This document shows, one piece after another, positions 29,284-32,000 of a DNA stretch of 32,000 nt. A program made the position numbers and the translations under genes. The stretch spans positions 810,001 through 842,000 of the forward strand of contig JBDHVY010000001.1 in assembly GCA_039809905.1 (NCBI GenBank), read 5' to 3'. The DNA comes from Candidatus Babelota bacterium (GTDB taxonomy: Bacteria; Babelota; Babeliae; Babelales; Vermiphilaceae). Positions within the stretch are counted from its first letter, which is position 1; each line of letters starts with the position of its first letter. Below the pieces are notes generated by a model. That model saw nothing but the letters and a program-made list of their open reading frames with translations. It was not told the origin of the DNA and made no database searches.

Positions 29284-29314
29284 TGCGGCTAGTGATTTTA
29301 CATCGCTAGCCGCA
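29284..29314. terminator. hairpin between convergent genes (probable terminator)
   Basis: TGCGGCTAGTGATtttacATCGCTAGCCGCA. 13-bp stem with one G-U wobble and 5-nt loop; the T-tract is weak. Confidence 0.55.
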
Positions 29315-29328
29315 GTAATTATAGTAGA

Positions 29329-29769
29329 TCATTTATCAGATAATTCTTTTCGACCTTCTTGTGATGTACAACGATCTACATACATAAATTCTGCTTCTCG
29401 CAGAAAAAGAATTAATGTTCCACAAATGGGATTACCATATTTATTAAATTTAGCTTTGGCTAATTTTCTTGCAGTTGCCTGATCATTGTTTTCTAATAAT
29501 GGATTGGGTGTGTTTCCGTTATGAGCATCTGCAAATTGCTGCAATTCTTTACTTATTTCTTTCCATTCGCTAAAACGGCTACAATCGAGAGCCAGTTGAT
29601 GCAAAAATGTATTGCCATGTTTGTCTTGTTTGTTGTAAGGACGTTCTTTTAAAAATATTCTTGTATCAATAGTTGCATTAGGATTATCAGCTAATGGTTT
29701 TCCCTCTAGATGCATGAGCCTCTGAGTGAAAAATAAAATTATAGTTAGGAAAATGCTTTTTCTTATCAC
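29329..29769 (-). CDS. small secreted protein with an ankyrin-like unit
   Basis: 146 aa. Signal MIRKSIFLTIILFFTQRLMHLEG; DKHGNTFLHQLALDC, ENNDQATARKLAKAKF. Confidence 0.55.
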   Translation of the reverse strand: MIRKSIFLTIILFFTQRLMHLEGKPLADNPNATIDTRIFLKERPYNKQDKHGNTFLHQLALDCSRFSEWKEISKELQQFADAHNGNTPNPLLENNDQATARKLAKAKFNKYGNPICGTLILFLREAEFMYVDRCTSQEGRKELSDK

Positions 29770-29898
29770 CTTTAAATCCTTTTTTTAGCAGATATTATCT
29801 TTGATGACATAGTAACGCAATGATAGCTATTATTCAATGACACAACTTCTTTTTGTTTTACATAAATCAGAATTTATTTATAAAAAAGAAGTGCATAA

Positions 29899-29940
29899 AA
29901 TAAAAAGAGCGAGGACTTTTGGATCCTCGCTCTTTTTATT
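29899..29940. terminator. Rho-independent terminator
   Basis: AATAAAAAGAGCGAGGA (29899-29915) / TCCTCGCTCTTTTTATT (29924-29940), 17-bp perfect arms, just 3' of the minus-strand gene 29980..31602. Confidence 0.88.
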
Positions 29941-29979
29941 AACGAATTAATTTACTCGGTGAACTCTATTTTTTTGCTA

Positions 29980-31602
29980 TTATAGATTCCCTGTGTCGAT
30001 TCCTTTATGATATGCGTCATGTAAAGCTTGATTGATTTTTAAGGATTCAGCATCTTTTTCTTCTTGCGATTTATTTCCAAGGGCTTTTTTTAAAAGGTTT
30101 TTTATAGCTTGATGATATCGGCTTGGATTTGAACAGTGATCTAAGTCAGAAGCAGAATAATATCCATAAGCTTCTTTTCGTTTGTCTTGTTCTTCTTTTG
30201 ATGCTTTCTTCCATTCTTCGCTTGATTGTTCCAGCTGCTTATCAATAGATTCTAATTGAGCTCGTAAATCGGTTATACCTAAGCTTTTCTCAGTTTCCTT
30301 CATGATTGCTACTCTTTGTTTCATTGATAAACGGCTTTTAGTATCACTTTCTGATTTTGCAATTTCCGTAGGCATTTTTTGAGTGAGTAGATTGCGTAAA
30401 GAAATTAATTTTTGCACAATCTCATCTTTTTCTTCTCGTAATGACAAGGATTGTGAATCAATATTCTTTCGTCGGTAAATTGCTTGTCCAGCATTATTAA
30501 CAGTAACAAATTGTTTAGCTATTGCTGTACAATCTTCATCTATTGGATTTTTCTTGCAAAAGTATCCAGTTGCCGAGTCCGATGAAAAAAGCTGATAAGC
30601 ATTTCGTGCTTGTTGTAATGTTATATTTTGAGATTGAGTAGCGCTATCATTTTTATTAAAATGTGCAGAGCTTCTACAATAACACTCTTCAGAATGATAA
30701 CGTTTATTATATTCTTTTTCATATTCATCCCATAAAAGAACCATTTTTTCGACTCTAGATGTGTCTCTGAGGATTAATGATTTATCATATGGATCAGTAG
30801 TTGATTGTAATTGTTTTTCACAAAGGGCTTGCATATCTTTTGCAAGTTCTTTGGAGGTTTTATTATCATTATTTCTTTGGAAAGGATTTATTCCATGTCG
30901 TCTGAGTTTATTAAAAATTATTTCTGACTTTTTTTGATCGATGATACTACAAAAATGTGCTAATGTATGTCCAGCTGTATCACCATAACCATTAGGTTGA
31001 TTTATATCTATGTCAGTGTTAAGTAAAAGCCACTGCATATTTTTTGAATTAAGCAAATTGTTGGAATCACTGAGAAGCGTATCATCGATTTCATTTGTTA
31101 CTACTGCTTTAAAATTTGCCCCATATTTTTTTAATAAAGGCCAAAAGCTAGAAGACGCAATAGCAAGAGTAGGGATATTTTCATTATTGTGCAAAACAGT
31201 ATCATTTGGAGAATGCCCTTGCTGAAGACAACATTCTGTTAATGATTCGTTATTTTTTTCCAAAGCATAAGCTGTTATATCATATCCACGTCTAGTTTCA
31301 ATTCGAGTAAATGGTTCTATCCCAGAGCAGAGAGCCTGTTTAAAGAGAAGATCAATTTTGCTATCAAAACCTACCCAATCTGATTGTGTATCATGTTTAT
31401 GCCATAACTTAAGCTCTCTATACTTCAGTGCTTCTTTTGCTTCATCCTTAGATATACGGCCATTTTTTACCTGTTGCCAAAAGTCATCGAGTTCGATGGA
31501 ATCGCATATGGTACAAGAAAATTTTCTCTGAGGTTGATTCATAGCAGAAACATTATTAACCATGAATCCAAAAACAACTACTAATGGTAATAATTTTTTC
31601 AT
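29980..31602 (-). CDS. secreted ankyrin-like protein with charged C-terminal helical region
   Basis: 540 aa. Signal MKKLLPLVVVFGFMVNNVSA; DINQPNGYGDTAGHTLAHFCSIID, GINPFQRNNDNKTSKELAKDM ankyrin-like signatures. Confidence 0.6.
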   Translation of the reverse strand: MKKLLPLVVVFGFMVNNVSAMNQPQRKFSCTICDSIELDDFWQQVKNGRISKDEAKEALKYRELKLWHKHDTQSDWVGFDSKIDLLFKQALCSGIEPFTRIETRRGYDITAYALEKNNESLTECCLQQGHSPNDTVLHNNENIPTLAIASSSFWPLLKKYGANFKAVVTNEIDDTLLSDSNNLLNSKNMQWLLLNTDIDINQPNGYGDTAGHTLAHFCSIIDQKKSEIIFNKLRRHGINPFQRNNDNKTSKELAKDMQALCEKQLQSTTDPYDKSLILRDTSRVEKMVLLWDEYEKEYNKRYHSEECYCRSSAHFNKNDSATQSQNITLQQARNAYQLFSSDSATGYFCKKNPIDEDCTAIAKQFVTVNNAGQAIYRRKNIDSQSLSLREEKDEIVQKLISLRNLLTQKMPTEIAKSESDTKSRLSMKQRVAIMKETEKSLGITDLRAQLESIDKQLEQSSEEWKKASKEEQDKRKEAYGYYSASDLDHCSNPSRYHQAIKNLLKKALGNKSQEEKDAESLKINQALHDAYHKGIDTGNL

Positions 31603-31741
31603 TGGGAGCTCTTTCTAATATTTTTTTATGAGTATACGTGAGAGTTTTTACTTATATTTTGCTTCTCTTGTCTTTTGATCTTCAATGTATCATGTTACCA
31701 AGAAATATTTCTTTTTGTAGTTTTTAGAATATTAAGCCAAG

Positions 31742-31776
31742 AAAAGAGGTGCGTGTTAAACGCACCTCTTTTGTTT
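31742..31776. terminator. Rho-independent terminator
   Basis: AAAAGAGGTGCG (31742-31753) / CGCACCTCTTTT (31761-31772), located 3' of the minus-strand CDS ending at 31802. Confidence 0.8.
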
Positions 31777-31801
31777 CTTTATTTTCTTTTTAAATCTATG
31801 A

Positions 31802-32000
31802 TTACTTACAAGTCATACGGTATGTTAAACCGGTAAAGAGAGTTAAATCAGATTTAGCAGCCCATGTTTTTTTCTTTGTCTCAATCATAGAAATAACGGC
31901 ATCAATTTTCTTGATCAAGCTTGATTCACCAGCTTGTTTAGCTTTACATTTTAAGGTATTCAATTTTGTAAGTATTTGGCTAAATACGCGTTCGGTATTA
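31802..32000 (-). CDS. hypothetical protein, C-terminal part only (5' end outside window)
   Basis: Open reverse frame to the window edge, ending ...LKCKAKQAGESSLIKKIDAVISMIETKKKTWAAKSDLTLFTGLTYRMTCK*. Followed by a terminator hairpin. Confidence 0.55.
   Translation of the reverse strand, partial: NTERVFSQILTKLNTLKCKAKQAGESSLIKKIDAVISMIETKKKTWAAKSDLTLFTGLTYRMTCK

Noticed and set aside
1-32000. CRISPR array, restriction-modification, toxin-antitoxin, retron or other defence system
   Set aside because: No regularly spaced direct repeats and no methyltransferase, nuclease, reverse transcriptase or Cas-like motifs. Small ORF pairs lack recognised toxin or antitoxin features.

Overview
This AT-rich bacterial window looks like a chromosome segment from a host-associated bacterium with a eukaryote-like effector repertoire. 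Candidatus Dependentiae/TM6-like is my inference from gene content only. Housekeeping genes are sigma-70 (rpoD), primase (dnaG), transketolase (tkt), mnmG/gidA, lgt, an NfeD + SPFH/stomatin pair, a DUF21/CBS/CorC-type membrane protein, a DJ-1/PfpI protein (cut by the left edge) and a flavin amine oxidase. The rest is mostly secreted or envelope proteins, often in paralogous pairs: two HExxH zinc-protease-like proteins, two HSHGGN alpha/beta-hydrolases, two beta-propeller-like proteins, and two duplicated F-box-like + ankyrin proteins. I found no CRISPR array, tRNA, rRNA, transposase or recognised defence system. The best leads are: (1) the duplicated F-box-like/ankyrin genes, whose shared upstream region keeps a small inverted repeat with a compensatory base-pair change; (2) a dispersed intergenic element built around GGGGACCCC, present three times, each just 3' of a minus-strand gene; (3) a paralogous pair of putative secreted metalloproteases sharing HExxH...HExQxE; (4) a ComEC-like protein apparently lacking its metal-binding residues; (5) three translationally coupled small secreted-protein genes of unknown function.
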